A stretch of DNA of 64,000 nt from Mytilus trossulus (GCF_036588685.1 NC_086381.1:53320001-53384000), one strand, 5' to 3'. Positions 34,378 to 47,870 are shown, counted from the first letter of the stretch. Numbers and translations: made by a program. The notes: generated by a model from the sequence alone, not told the origin.

Positions 34378-35139
34378 CTTGAGGCTATAAAGAGCCTCTG
34401 TCGCTCACCTTGGTCTATGTGAATATTAAAACAAAGAACACAGATGGATTCATGACAATATTGTGTTTTGGTGATGGTGATGTGTTTGTAGATCTTACTT
34501 TATTAAACAGTATTGCTACTTACAATTATCTCTATCTATAATGAACTTGGCCCAGTAGTTTCAGTGTAAAATGTTAGTGAAAATTTACAAATTTTATGAA
34601 AATTGTTAAAAATTTACTATAAAGGGCAATAACTCCTACAGGGGGTCAACAGACCATTTTAGTCATGTTGACTTATTTGTAAATCTTACTTTGCTGAACA
34701 TTATTGCTGTATTACAGTTTATTTCTATCTATAACAATATTTAAGATAATAACCAAAAACAGCAAAATTTCCCTAAAATTACCAATTCAGGGGCATCAAC
34801 CAAACAACGGGTTGTCCGATTCATCTAAAAATTCAAGGCAGATAGATTCTGACCTGATAAACAATTTCATCTCCTGTCAGATTGGCTCTAAATGCTTTGT
34901 TTTTTTAGTTATAAGCCAAAAACTTCATTTTACCCCTATGTTCTATTTTTAGCCATAGCGGCAATCTTGGTTGGTTTGCCGGGTCACCGGACACATTTAT
35001 TTAAACTAGATACCCCAATGATGATTGTGGCCAATTTTGGTTAAAGGCCCAGTAGTTTCAGAGGAGAAGATTTTTGTAAAAGTTAACGACGACGGACGAC
35101 GGACGCCAAGTGATGAGAAAAGGGCCAGGTGAGCTAAAA
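34378..35139 (-). mobile_element. HINE-like element of the same family with both termini
   Basis: AGGTGAGCTAAAA end, and GCTCACCT subTIR with GAGGCT/AGCCTC hairpin at the other end. Confidence 0.7.
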
Positions 35140-37130
35140 AGGTATAAATAAATTGCTTCGCTGAGCGCAGGTGGATACGACCGCAGATGTCCAACCCTGG
35201 AAAATTTGGTATAATATGGACACAATATTCACGCTTGTAACTGAAATTGACACATACTTTGATTAAATAACTGCAGTCAATGAACTTTAGAATGGTTATA
35301 TCATTTTTTTTTTACTTTTGTGCAATACCCTATGCTGTTGCGAATTGACCCCCCACTACTCCTCCCCAACCACCCCCCCCCCCCCCCAAAACAATAATTT
35401 TAGCCAGTTTTTTGTTGATGTGCAATACAATATGCTGTTGAATATTAAACCCCAAGAAGAAGACATTTCTTTTAATTTCTGAAATCTGAAATGAGAAATG
35501 AGGAAATACCCTCAAGATATAGTCAGTTTTTCAATTCAAATTTCTAATGGAGTTTGTAACTATAATTACCCATTTAAGAACATCATTTAAAAGTTTTAAA
35601 ATATAAAATAACATACATAATCATGGTTAAAATTAAATTCCTTTTTTTGCCCTTAATTACGAAATGGTTTGAGACATAACCACCCCCACCCCAAGTCAAT
35701 CATTACCATCCCTTTGTAGTATGGAACCTTGTGGTATAGTTTCAGAAAAATTCATGCACTTTAACACAGGTTATTGTCTGGAAACTAACAAATGTTTAAT
35801 TGGGCCCCATTTTTGGCCCCTAATACTTAAACAATTGGGACCATAACCCCCAAAATCAATCCCAACCTTCCTTAAGTGGTTATAAAATTTGTGTTGATAT
35901 TTTATTGATTTCCATCTTCTTATACTAAAGTTATCATCCCGGGAAACCATCTGTCTTCAGACGACGCTGACGACGACGACGACGATAACGTGATACGATA
36001 TTGAATATATGACAAAACAATATTTATCTTATAGTTAACAGTTTAAAGATCATTTAAAAAATAGTATTACTTGGCATTTTCAGGAATTGCTTGCATTAAC
36101 TAAGTGAATCAGTGAATTAAACGTAATTCCTAAATTTAAGTAATTACCTGGAAGTCGTCAATACACATATTTACTGTAACATATACACTAAAAGAGATAT
36201 TGAATCTAATCAGAAAACAATAAGACCTCTCTTTAGATCTTTAGTTAATAGAACAGACATCTGATGATTAACTTTTCACAATATGTTCTATTACAGAATG
36301 TAGACGCTTGCCCAGTCGACACAAAACTCGTCCTTTTTTTAGTTCATGCTATTCCTACAGGTTTTTGTTTTGTTTTATATAAATATGTATTACCTTGATT
36401 TTTCTCTTCTGGAAATCAGAGAAACCAACGTCGATTAAATACTATCTAAAATTATCTACCTTTGTGTGAAGCTCTATTGATTGTATTTTAAGACTCAATC
36501 AATTAACAAAAAAGTGAAAATCATGATATATCACAGTTCATTATACCCTTTATGCAGTATAAGTATTGTAATTAAAAGAGTTGATTTTGAATTTTGCCTA
36601 TAGTACAATTGAAATTCAAACATAAAAAAAAGTTTGTTCTTATATTACATGTAAAAATGTATAATGTTACACCAATCTTACAGTAAGGGGAGGGTTTGCA
36701 CATTAAAACTTGTTAACCCCATCCATAAGTGTTATGTGCCTGTAGTTCAGTGGTTTTCGTTGGTTCATTTTGTCATGTTTGTTTTTTGTAAATTGTTTTG
36801 TTATAAATAAGGCCCTTAGTTTTCTCATTTGAAACATAACGAGTTTATATATTCTACTTTTACATTAGTCACAAATTTATACAGTGATAAAATTGTTAAT
36901 CTCTATTTAAAACAAGATGTGGTTTGATTGCCAATGATAAAAATGTTCATATGAATTTTAGTGGATGTAAGCATTTATAGGGCTTCAACAATTAGAAATA
37001 TCCACACTGTTTAGTAGGCTATAAAAGGTCCCACTATGAATAAAGTATGAAACATTAAGTCTCTAATGGTAAATAATGTCACCTTACTGTTTTTCTTTTC
37101 TTTTTCAGTTCAAAAATCCTGACCGAAAGT

Positions 37131-39176
37131 ATGGAAAAACGCTCATTACGATTATATAATTTTCTAAGTGACAAACTTGGAACCGAAGATATAGTGAAAA
37201 CAAGACGAAGTTATTATATAACACACAATTATTTGACCAAAAGTAAAACACACACACCGTTTTTCTGTGGAAGTAGAGCAGAAGATCTTGATATGAAGGG
37301 CAGTGACACGGACACAGTTATTTTACTTAATGATATACATATTGTTGAAGATGTCACCAATACTTACGATTCTAATACATTTGTCATGAAGACTTGTGAT
37401 ACCAGACCTGGTTTTACACAGTTAGAGTTGTGCAGTAGTTACGAATATACAGATGTGTGGTGTAAGAAAATCGGACATAAATTCTATCTTTCAAGCAGTA
37501 AAATGAAGCAGATATTAGTTTCTTTGAACGAAAATAATGAAATATGTACACTTAACACTCTACATGGACCATGTGTTTCTACAGCCAACGAAACACATGA
37601 CTGCACTGCAGGTGTAAAGTGCCAATCATTCATTAAACAAGCACAGGAATGGGTAGGAAGAAAACGTTGTTGGCCAACGGAAGCATTAAAAAGGATAATT
37701 ATTGATAGTGGGGTATGGTTTGTCCCAATAGGCTACAAGTTGTCGCCAAATGAAGATATAGAATGGCGAGTCGCGTTTGGTATCGCTGAAAAACTGCTTG
37801 TCTATTCTTTTAGTCATACTCAGCTTTTGGTTTATGCTCTTTTGAAAATAATTTTAAAAGACGTGATTGAACAAAATCTTAAACTAAAAGATCTTCTATG
37901 TTCGTATTTTTTAAAAACAGTTGTTTTCTGGATTTCAGAAGAAATTGCTGTTACAGTATGGACACCGCACAATTTTGAGAAATGTTTTTCGGAATGCCTT
38001 AAGCGACTTGGATACTATGTTAAACATGATATCTTGCCGCATTATTTTATAAAAGAAAGGAATGTGCTTGAACAAAGAATCAATTTAGCAGAATGGATGA
38101 ATTTGAAAACAACAATAGTTGAGTTGCATAAATATTTCCCTGCATGTCTTGCTTCTTCAAGTTACATGTCTGAATTTTCCCGTTCTCTGCAATATGAAAT
38201 TGTATCACAAAACATGTCACCTAGATTAAGTGAAACGGATGTGGTTGGACATTCCAACTGTTCTGCAAATCTCGCCAAGCTTAATGAAGTCAGATTTTTG
38301 CTTCTATGTGGTCAAGCCGTTCTTACAAATAAACTTATGCCTTGGCAAGTGTTGGTTAATAGTTTTGGGCTGCTCAAACGAAATCACGACCGATTTATTT
38401 TCAAGTGTTTATTCAGTACGTTGTGTCGTAATATTGGTACTCGTTTTACCTATGAGAATGTCACACGCGGGGGTAATAAACTACATTATCAACGTTTAAA
38501 AGAGATGTTACCCTTTGTATTAATGGGAGTACGTAGTGATGGAGTATCCGGGTGGAATGTCTTAGCTTCTTACTTTTATTGCATTAGAAAATATTCAGTT
38601 TGTGTAACAATCACTGACTACGTGTTATCGAAGTTTCAGGACGATCAACAAGAGAAACTGTATTACAGTGAAGATAAGTTCACCATCGACAATTTAGGGA
38701 ATGAAAGTCAAGATACCAATTTAAACTCAATATACATAGCTAATACAATGGAGCCGAACGATTTTTCTCGTAACTCGTTTTTAATTCCTGATGAAATGAG
38801 ACCTGAAGTAGAACACAAGGGATATATCCAGAAACCTCCGATTGTTTATACATTATTTTTACGTTTTATGTGTTTACTTAAGTTAAAGCAGACACACAAA
38901 TGTTCAGAGTCTTTAAATGATCTCAAAATATACATTGAAAGCAATAACTATATTGGAAATCACGTCATGAAAGCAGAGTGTTACACACTACTTGGTATTG
39001 CTTTCTATCTGAAAGGTGACCTGACAGAAGCAGGAAATTGTCACAAAAAAGCTTTGGCATTAGATTATTTAAAGCAAATTAAATATTTAAAAATGATCCA
39101 CAAAATACAAAAACAATATGAAGAAATGAAAACAAATCATTGTACTGTTCAAGAAGAAACAGTTCAAATTTCGTAG
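37131..39176 (+). CDS. Mab-21/cGAS-like receptor (cGLR) nucleotidyltransferase with C-terminal helical/TPR-like region (681 aa, single coding exon)
   Basis: GSRAEDL...GSDTD motif, HGPC, EWRVAF..AEK.L, CSYFLKTVVFW, LPHYFI; splice acceptor at 37107-37108 just upstream of the ATG. Confidence 0.9.
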   Translation: MEKRSLRLYNFLSDKLGTEDIVKTRRSYYITHNYLTKSKTHTPFFCGSRAEDLDMKGSDTDTVILLNDIHIVEDVTNTYDSNTFVMKTCDTRPGFTQLELCSSYEYTDVWCKKIGHKFYLSSSKMKQILVSLNENNEICTLNTLHGPCVSTANETHDCTAGVKCQSFIKQAQEWVGRKRCWPTEALKRIIIDSGVWFVPIGYKLSPNEDIEWRVAFGIAEKLLVYSFSHTQLLVYALLKIILKDVIEQNLKLKDLLCSYFLKTVVFWISEEIAVTVWTPHNFEKCFSECLKRLGYYVKHDILPHYFIKERNVLEQRINLAEWMNLKTTIVELHKYFPACLASSSYMSEFSRSLQYEIVSQNMSPRLSETDVVGHSNCSANLAKLNEVRFLLLCGQAVLTNKLMPWQVLVNSFGLLKRNHDRFIFKCLFSTLCRNIGTRFTYENVTRGGNKLHYQRLKEMLPFVLMGVRSDGVSGWNVLASYFYCIRKYSVCVTITDYVLSKFQDDQQEKLYYSEDKFTIDNLGNESQDTNLNSIYIANTMEPNDFSRNSFLIPDEMRPEVEHKGYIQKPPIVYTLFLRFMCLLKLKQTHKCSESLNDLKIYIESNNYIGNHVMKAECYTLLGIAFYLKGDLTEAGNCHKKALALDYLKQIKYLKMIHKIQKQYEEMKTNHCTVQEETVQIS

Positions 39177-39424
39177 GGAAAACATTGACATGACATTCAT
39201 AGTGATTCTACTCTTGCTAGCAATGTTTTTGTTTTTAGTTTATTTGTTTTAGAAATTATATTGGTTCGACAAAAGATACGCAAGTTAAATACTATTCTTA
39301 TCCTTAGTCTGAGATTTGGTTCGACACAACCACAGTTTCGACTCATTTAATTTTGTTACAACAGCAGTCGAACGCGGCCACGTCCACTTCTATTTTTGTC
39401 CAACTGCAGAGTAAAGCTTTTTTT

Positions 39425-39800
39425 AACTGATTTTTATAGTTCGTTCTTATGTTGTACTATTATACCACTTTCCCATGTTAGGGGAGGGTTGGGATCCCGC
39501 TAATATGTTTCCCCCGCCACATCATTTATGTATGTACCTGTCCAAAGTAGAGACCTGTAATTTAGTTGTTGTCGTTTTTTTATGTGTTACATATTTGTGT
39601 TCGTTCATTTTTTTTTATATATAAATAAGGCCGTTAGTTTTCTCGTTTGAATTGTTCTACATTGTCATTTCGTGGCCTTTCATAGCTGACTGTGAGGTAT
39701 GGGCTTTGCTCAATGTTGAAGGCCGTACGGTGACCGATTATTGTTAATTTCTGTGTCATTTTGGTCTCTTGTGGACAATTTTCTCATTGGCAATCGTATT
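39425..39800 (+). repeat. Uninterrupted copy of repeat family B (degenerate twister-like core)
   Basis: Serves as the empty-site reference for the two LINE insertions; more partial copies at 1086-1221, 36680-36830, 45480-45595, 50690-50912. Confidence 0.8.
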
Positions 39801-40189
39801 TTTTTTTATATATTCTACTCATATGCTATTTTTATTTTATTCTCATTCTCTTCTCATTCTCTTCCTAATCGCTTCTTTAGTCGAATTCTATTCTCATGTA
39901 CATCTTACTAACTGTTTCAACTTTTGTATGACTTTTTTGATTTCGAAAATATTTTTTGACTCGCGAATTAATAAAGAGACATTTATTGTTGACATGTGCA
40001 TCTCCTGAGGCTGTATTATAGTTGGTAAGGTTAATGTTATTCTGTCTTCCTATTCTTTTCTCACATACACGTTCCCATTATCATGAACACCAAAAACGAA
40101 ACTCAAGTAACATACAGTTCGGTTATCATATTTTTGCCTTCCAGGGTGAGTACTACCATCACAAATAATCTGTAGCCCAATTCATTGGT

Positions 40190-40540
40190 TGATTACAACA
40201 TATTTTCAGCATGATGGATTGATATCTAAACAGACATCATCATTCCTAAGTCATTCTTGAGGGTAATCATTGTGCACACCTATCTGGTCGACTTTTTGAA
40301 CTCATAGGAGAAATTATTTAAATTTTCTCAAAAAGAAGAAAAAAAACCCATCTAGTTGAAATTTCTTTAACTTCTTTTTGAGATATATTGTAGTGCTTTG
40401 TCACTTACTCGTCATTTCCATGAGTGCTTGCATCTTATATATTCAAGTAACCTTGAAATCAAGAATTCTACCGAAACTGTAACATTTGTAAGTTGTGCTT
40501 CATGTCTTGATCGTTTCCCCGATATCGACTCATTATTGTA
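40190..40540 (+). pseudogene. Highly degenerate Penelope-like RT fragment
   Basis: Residual nucleotide similarity to 44860-45150 (NCAP.L.DL, FRYI, LEIK..TET regions). Confidence 0.45.
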
Positions 40541-42050
40541 AGCCTAGTTTCTCTAATGAGCAAATGGACAATTTCAAACAAGATCATGTATATATCTCAA
40601 TTGATAACTAACACTCGTTTACATTTACACTTTATGTATTTTATTAGCAGCACATAAAGTTTTCCTACAAAGTTATGTAGAAAAACGACTGAACTCGACA
40701 CTATATGAGTGTAAGTGTCACCATTCCGAGATGTGGTGTACATGCCAATGAGACAGTATGCTTGTGAATCAACTCATTGTCGATATTCTTTGAAAGTGTT
40801 AGATCTTTTGATAGCAGAATATTCGTATATTCTGTAATTTAACCGATTGTATTTATTCTTGATTGTGATACTTTGTCTTAGTGTGGATTCGCATGAAGGT
40901 AGATACATGAATAGTTGCCATCCCTGGTCGTGTCGACGCAACCGTTCTCTATTCTTTTGAATTTCAAATGATTAACTCGTTTTTGTTCGTTAGCCAATCG
41001 ATTTATGATATTTGAACATATTAAGTAAACTACTGTTGACTAAATTTAAATTTCGTGACCGGAATTTTTTGGACTAAATCAACAAACAATCTTACTGCTA
41101 TCAATGTTTAGCACTTGTTTGCTTGCAATTCGAATTGCATTTCCATATGTCTTTCCAAATATAATAGTTATATCTGTTTTCAGTTCTTTTTAAATATTTC
41201 ACTCAGTCTGATGATAGCATTGGTCAGATGGTGACTAAGTTAATAATGCATAATGATTCTCTTATAAGTCCCGTGATCTGAAGGCATCGGAGTAGAAGTA
41301 TCAGAGTAAAGGTTTTAATTGATTTGTGGTAACGAAATACCCGAGTGGCGACTTAATACTTTATCAATGATATATATAGATTACGCTGGTTGAACTAAAT
41401 AACGTCATTTTAAACATAGAGACAAAGCATACGAGATGGGATATATAAACACCGTAAGATGGGACCAAAGAAAAATCACCCACCAAAAAAGGTAAATTAA
41501 CAATAGAAAACTAAGAATGGTCCTTTATGTCGTAAATTCACGTATAGAGGGTCCAAAGACAAAGTTATCGTCCTTTGGTTTACGTTTTTTACGAATATAG
41601 ATCTCAGAGTGAACAGCGTATAACTTGCATGTTTTGTTTGTTACACTTTCCTAATTTATTTTTTGATATTTAATGCATAAGTGAATGAAATGACATGTGA
41701 AACAAAATTGGGTGTTGAATCTTTATGTTTTTAATTTAATTCTTTATCTATTTAAAGAGGATCTTTATGTTTTTGTGATTTGGTACAGTTAAAAAATGTC
41801 AAAACTTAGTACGTCTGAAGCTGTCGTACTGAATTTTAGATTCCCTTAAAACAGAATTTTTAATAATTTGAGTTAGAGCTGGTAGAAGTTTTTATATTTG
41901 TGATATTATTTGTCCCAATAGTAGTACACTACATTGTAAAAATCTTTATGAGATAGAGCAGGTGCTTTTTTTTTAATTGAATTTAATTTCTTTAAGAAAT
42001 GCACTACGAATAAACTAATCATAGATACCAGAATTAAAATTTTATAATTA

Positions 42051-42092
42051 CGCCAGACGCGCGTTTCGTCTACAAAAGACTCATCAGTGACG
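42051..42092 (-). ncRNA. Minimal type I hammerhead ribozyme (retrozyme copy 42011-42170)
   Basis: CGTCA-CTGATGA-GTC(TTTTGTA)GAC-GAAA-CGCGCG-TC-TGGCG: complete core, GUC cleavage triplet, palindromic stem III. Confidence 0.88.
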
Positions 42093-42635
42093 CTCGAATC
42101 AAAAAATGTTTTAAAGGCCAAATAAAGTAAGAAGTTGAAGAGCATTGAGGACCAAACATTCCTTAAAGTTTAAAAAATAACTGTGTTTTCGGGGCAGATG
42201 TTCATGTGCTAGTTTGGCCATATACAGTAATAAATAACATTACAGGAAAAAAGTCTTCTCCTAAAAGCTGCAATTAGTGCATATTGAAATACCTACAAAA
42301 TGTCGACAAGCTATGAAGCTGAAACGTACAGGTGTTGTCCAGGATAAATTTTACATCTTTAGTCGACTAACGGAATGCTCAAAACTAACGACTGAATTGT
42401 AAGGACCACCAAGACCGTGTAATTTATCTAAAATATATGCATATTTTTTTTAGTCCAGAAATAAATACTCTCATTATTCTTCATATGTCTTTGTAAATAC
42501 CTTATTTGAAAAGTTAATGGCAAGTTGTTTGATTGTAGTCAGAAATTTTGTTGAAATCACTAATAGATAAGTTTTTGAGCACTCAATATAGGCCGATATG
42601 AAACAATATTTGAAGGTGTTTTTGGCGTAGTTAGA

Positions 42636-43043
42636 ACGAAACGCGCGTCTGGCGAATTGAATTATAACCCTGGTACCTTTGATAACTATTTACACCATTG
42701 GGTCGATATCACTGTTGGTGGACGTATTGTCCCCTAGGGTATCACCAGCCCAGTATTCAACACTTCGGTGTTGACATGCATATCAATTTTATGGTCATTT
42801 TTATAAATTCACTGTTTACAAAAGTGTGAATTTTTCGAAATACCAAGGATTTTCTTATTCCGAATATAGATTACCTTAGCCGTATTTGGCACAATATTTT
42901 TGGAATTTGGGGTCCTCAATTCTCTTCAACTTTGTGCTTGTTTGGCTTTATAACTATTTTGATCTGAGTGTCACTGATAAGTTTTATGTAGATGAAATGC
43001 GCGTCTGGCGTATTAAATTATAAGCCTGGTCCCTTTGATAACT
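42636..43043 (+). mobile_element. Retrozyme-like element: ~356-nt monomer bounded by two (degenerate) hammerhead motifs
   Basis: GCGCGTCTGGCG at 42643 and 42999, each followed by the same ~35 bp. Confidence 0.75.
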
Positions 43044-43481
43044 AATTAGATATTCAATACATAGAAGGGTCTTTCAAAGATTCAGAGCAGGACACATACT
43101 GAGTTGTGGTAATGATCTGATAGTTGATGTTCGAACCTCTGTCGATATCCCAGACCTATATACAGAAGTTTTGTAAAGAATTATTTTATATCAGCACCTC
43201 ATTGTTAGCTGATTTGTTGGCAAATACGAGCACACACAAACAGAAGTTTGAGTTCCTAAAGATTGTGTTGCATTGATAGGATCGGTCATATTAGCAGACC
43301 ATTTATGACTTTCTAATTTACTTTTTAAATGTTTCCAAATTTTACTGGGTTGTCCCTTGTGGACGGTTTCTAAAAAAAGTAAAAACACAAAAATACCGAA
43401 CTCCGAGGAAAATTCAAAAAGGAAAATCCAAAATCAAAAGGCAAAATCAAAAGTCCAAACACATCAAACGAATGGATAACA

Positions 43482-43581
43482 ACTGTCATATTCCTGACTT
43501 GGTACAGGCATTTTCTAATGTAGAAAATGGTGGATTGAATCTGGTTTTATAGCTAGCTAAACCTCTCACTTGTATGACAGT
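43482..43581 (-). ncRNA. Best-preserved P5-type twister-ribozyme-like motif (family C)
   Basis: P5 ACTGTCATA/TATGACAGT; GA-GGTT (T1'); CAA; AC (T2); P3 CATTTTCTA/TAGAAAATG; P4 CCTG/CAGG with loop TACC-AA-GT. Confidence 0.6.
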
Positions 43582-44527
43582 CGCATCAAATTCCATTACA
43601 TTGTCAACGATGTATGAACAAAACAAACATACTCAAAGAGTAAAAATGTCAAAAATAGGGGTACAGCAGTCAATATTGTGTTATCATCTTAATATCACTA
43701 TAAAAACAACAAATGTAACGAAGAATCACAAAAAGGCATACATCAAATTTAACATACTCATTTTGCTTTTCTTGTACCACTTAATTTATGTATATAAAGT
43801 CTACCCGTAAAGGAAAGAAGGTTTTCATTGCTGGTATAAAAATGCGCCTTTGAAATTCGTACAGGTAGACATAAAAATAATTTTGTCGTTAAAAGTATGA
43901 ACAAAACAAACATACTTGCAACACTATAAAAACAACAAATGTAAACGAAGAAGCACAAAAAGGCATACATCAAATTTAATATACTCATTTTGCTTTTCTT
44001 ATACCACTTAATTTATCTATATAAAGTCTAGCCGGAAAGAATAGAAGGTTTTCATTGCTGGTGTAAAATTGCGCCTTTGAAATTCGCACAGGTAGACATA
44101 AAAATAATTTTGTCGTTCAAAGTATGAAGGTTTACATACATGCATAGTCACGTAAAGTTGATATAACAAACAACAGACTCAACAGTAAATGTAATAATAT
44201 TAAATAAATAAGGTGTGGTTCAAAGTATGACGGGATACATACGTACAGTATCACGTCAAATGTATGAAATAAAAAACAGACTTAACAGAAATTTAAAGTA
44301 TTTTATTGAATGAAATAATTTTATCATTCATAGTATGTCAAAATCCATAAGTAAGAGTAATTTAAGTAAATGAAATAATTTTGTCGTTCAAAGCATGATG
44401 TTTTTATTTGACCACAGAGTCAATTCAAAAGAATATCTCAAACATTTAACAAGCAATATTAATAAAGACTAATAAAATAATACTATAACGCGTTATTAAG
44501 ATGATAACCAACGTCAGTACGGAAAAT

Positions 44528-45190
44528 CTATACTTCAAGACCATCTTGTATTATTTGTGAAGTTGATACGGAATATTTATCAACAAGTTCTGGGTATCTT
44601 CCGATGAACTTTTTAAGAAAAAGGACGAGACGTTCTTTGACATACCCCTAGTTCATCAACTTTCTGCTCAGACACTGGTGACGTTGTACAAAGTCTGAAT
44701 AGGAGCTGCAAGCTCTTAAATACCTAATAAGTTGGGAAATGTATATTCCATATGCAGGTGAAGTTGGTATATTACTACTAAGGTGGGGGAAATTGATAAT
44801 TTCAAAATTGAAATCGTCTCGTTTATCATAGATTCTGGTACTGAGATGACGGTGTATGTCAAATTCGAGGTATAAGTCTAAAAATGAGGCGGAGGAAGCC
44901 GTGTCTGTGGTCTCTTTAATTTCTAGTTCTTGTGGGTATATTAATGGAACCCAATCAGAAACGTTCGGATTGTTAATGGAAAGAACATCATCAATATATC
45001 TGAAAGTGAAATTAAATAACCTGGCTTCTTTGATCTTTTTGTTTTTAACAAGTGTCTGAAGGAACTCCGATACATATGAAAATAAGAAGAGATCGGTAAG
45101 GAGAGGCGCACAATTCGTTCCCATAGGAATGCCGACAATTTGTTGAAAAAGTCTACCTCCAAATTCAACAAATATATTGTCAATAATCAT
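44528..45190 (-). pseudogene. Penelope-like reverse transcriptase C-terminal fragment
   Basis: GIPMGTNCAP, RYIDD, FLDL, YDKRDDF, SQLIRY; one premature TAG at 44648-44650, frame continues to TAG at 44528; no C-terminal GIY-YIG. Confidence 0.85.
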
Positions 45191-46643
45191 TCCAGATTTC
45201 TAATCAAGTGGTTTGAATTTTAACATTTTAATATATGTGTGTATTACTAGTATTCTTTATAATGGCAAAAGGTTAATCTTACATTTACGGAAGGAGTACA
45301 GATATTCCTGTGTTCGTCTAAAAATATTCTGTCTCGTTTGTCCTGTCACAGGAAAGTGGGAGTGAAAACGCTTTCTTACTCACTGTCGACCTCACTAGCA
45401 TCATTTTGTACATAACTTACTTCGTTATTTTTCTCTTCTGATCTGTTTTATATTTGTAATTTCATGGCGTTTCATCAGTGACGATGCGGTATGGGCTTTG
45501 CTCATTTTTGAAGGCCGTACAGAGACCCATGTTTAATTTCTGTTTCATTTGGTCTCTTGTGGAGAGTTGTCTCATTGGCAATCATTCCAGATTTTAATCT
45601 TAGTATTTATTATACCTTTCACGTTTAGTTGTCCTCTTTAAACTATTTAAAACGAAACAATTAAAATAAAAACAAGCAAGAGGAGAAATATTGTGAGTGT
45701 ATATGCCAATTATTATTACTTTCTAATTTACTTTCAAAATGTTTCCAAATTTTGCTGGGTTGTCCCTTGTGGACGGTTTTTAGTGGTTTGAATTTTAACA
45801 TTTTAATATGTATGTGTATTATTCTTAAAAATAGTTTAAGGTTAATCTTTCATTTTCGGAAGGGGTACAGATGTTCCGGTGTTCGTCTAAAATATAAACA
45901 AGATAAGAAACATACTAATTTTTTGTGTGTGATAACTAGGGTTTATAGTTTTCATACACTAAAAAAAATCTAGTCTGCCCTTCCCCGAAATATTTTTCTT
46001 GAATTACATAATGGAAGGGCAGACACGAAAATTACTGAGCTAATAGATTGATATCTTTTCGTCCGTGGTATTTTTTTCAAAAAAATCGGAGGTTATGCAT
46101 TTTTGTCATCCAACATGAAAGATACCCATGTCGTCGACTTGATATCTAATTGTTCTGCTCAACTATGTACTAGATAAATTGAAAACTTATGCAAATGGTG
46201 TTTTTAAAATAAAACTTTTCGTAATTGAGAAGAAAATTGCAATTTTCTTTGTTTCTATTAACTTATAAAGTTTTTGTCACTGATGAGTCATTTGTAGAGA
46301 TAACGCGCGTCTGGCGTACATACAAAATTTAGTCTTAGTATCTATGATGAGTTTATTTAACAGACCAAGTCTCTTGAATTCATACTGCTAAATTCATTAA
46401 AAATGTGTTTTCACTTCGTGATTATACATCCGCGGCAAATCATGGAAATAGAGAACTCCAATAGTAATGGAAAGCAGATAAAAAAGAATGAACAAAAAAA
46501 CGTAAAATTAACTGCTATTTAGCTTAATGCAAATTCGCTTTTATTTTTATCCCCCTCATTAATAGAGTCACTGAATTCAAAACGTTGGTTGAAAGTATTT
46601 GTTTGAGTACATTTACAGATGAGCATATAACTCATTCCATGTA

Positions 46644-47401
46644 CTGTGAAAGTACTTTAATTCGTGGGTATCAATTTTCGTGGTTTGAGCTATATTTACA
46701 TGTTCGTGGGTTTTTAAATTCGTGGATTTTAGTTTTCTAAAAAAAATATAATAATTGAAAAAATAAAAGCCTTTAGAAAAGAAGATTACAAATAGTCTGG
46801 ATGGAAGGAAATTGCAAAGTAAACATTGACCTGTGTAAATCGTAGTGATAACACTAATTAACCCATGATAAAGTGATCAATAGATAAAAGACCATCAAAG
46901 GTGTTAATTTTGCCATAAACATGTCACTTAAAGAAAACAGTAACAAATGCCATCAATATATCTTGAATTGTCAAATAATTCTTATCAAAATTAAGTCCAA
47001 CATTAAATTATTATTTCCCATATGTACGATAATTGAGGATATAAAACGAACACTTTATCATACCAGCGTATCTATACCGGAAATCTGACTTTCATTGATC
47101 AAAAACATTTATTATGATAATTAAAACATGACAAGCTGTACAGTTAAGGTTATTAGAAATTAAATGGGTATAATCCTGCATGCAGTTGTAGTTCTGTGAC
47201 TGCTATTAAAGTATTCTCAGATTTGGCATTATTCAAAATGTTCTTAAGATCATAAAAGTAGTCAAACCTACCGACGGGGAATACTCCATGTCTTAATTTG
47301 GACAATGGTTGTTTTATTTCGTTGGACACTTAAATTCGTGGATAATGTCATCCACGAAAACCACGAAAATTGGTACCCCACGAATAAAAGTACTTTCACA
47401 G
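46644..47401. mobile_element. TIR element with TA flanks (non-autonomous DNA transposon)
   Basis: TA|CTGTGAAAGTACTTT...AAAGTACTTTCACAG|TA, ~40-bp TIRs. Confidence 0.8.
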
Positions 47402-47828
47402 TATCATATTTCATTTTTCTTATTTATTTTGGTTTTGACTCCGGTTTCCGCTGTTGTGAAGATATCTGATAATGTCAATTTCATATTTCAAGCTAGTGGG
47501 AAATAGTGCGATTGGCATTTTGAATATATAAATTTCCACATTGGTATGGATTTCTGTTCACTGCATGCACACTGATATTGAATCATGAATAGACTGTATC
47601 TTTATTAACAGCGAATGGTCGCAATTCGGTGTTGACATTAATATCAATTATGTGGTCATTTTCATAAATTTCCTGAATATAAAACTTTGAATATTTGAAA
47701 AACTAAGGATTTTCTTATCCCAGGAATAGATTACCTTAGCCGTATTTGGCACAACTTTTTGGAATTTTTGGATCCTCAATGCTCTTCAACTTCGTACTTG
47801 TTTGGCTTTATAAATATTTTGATATGAG

Positions 47829-47870
47829 CGTCACTGATGAGTCTTATGTAGACGAAACGCTCGTCTGGCG
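47829..47870 (+). ncRNA. Minimal type I hammerhead ribozyme (retrozyme copy 47626-47907)
   Basis: CGTCA-CTGATGA-GTC(TTATGTA)GAC-GAAA-CGCTCG-TC-TGGCG. Confidence 0.82.

Larger units (their letters stand above)
43374..45196 (-). mobile_element. 5'-truncated Penelope-like retroelement (RT 3' part + 3' UTR + family C terminus)
   Basis: TTTCTAA on both sides (43367-43373, 45197-45203); empty-site paralog at 45721-45895. Confidence 0.75.

Noticed and set aside
30507-35139. Large palindromic duplication (inverted HINEs between inverted cGLR paralogs)
   Set aside because: Intervening and flanking unique sequence is not mirrored; independent insertions suffice
37131-39176. Bacterial CBASS CD-NTase or contamination
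   Set aside because: Animal Mab-21 motifs, upstream splice acceptors, no operon, embedded among animal repeats
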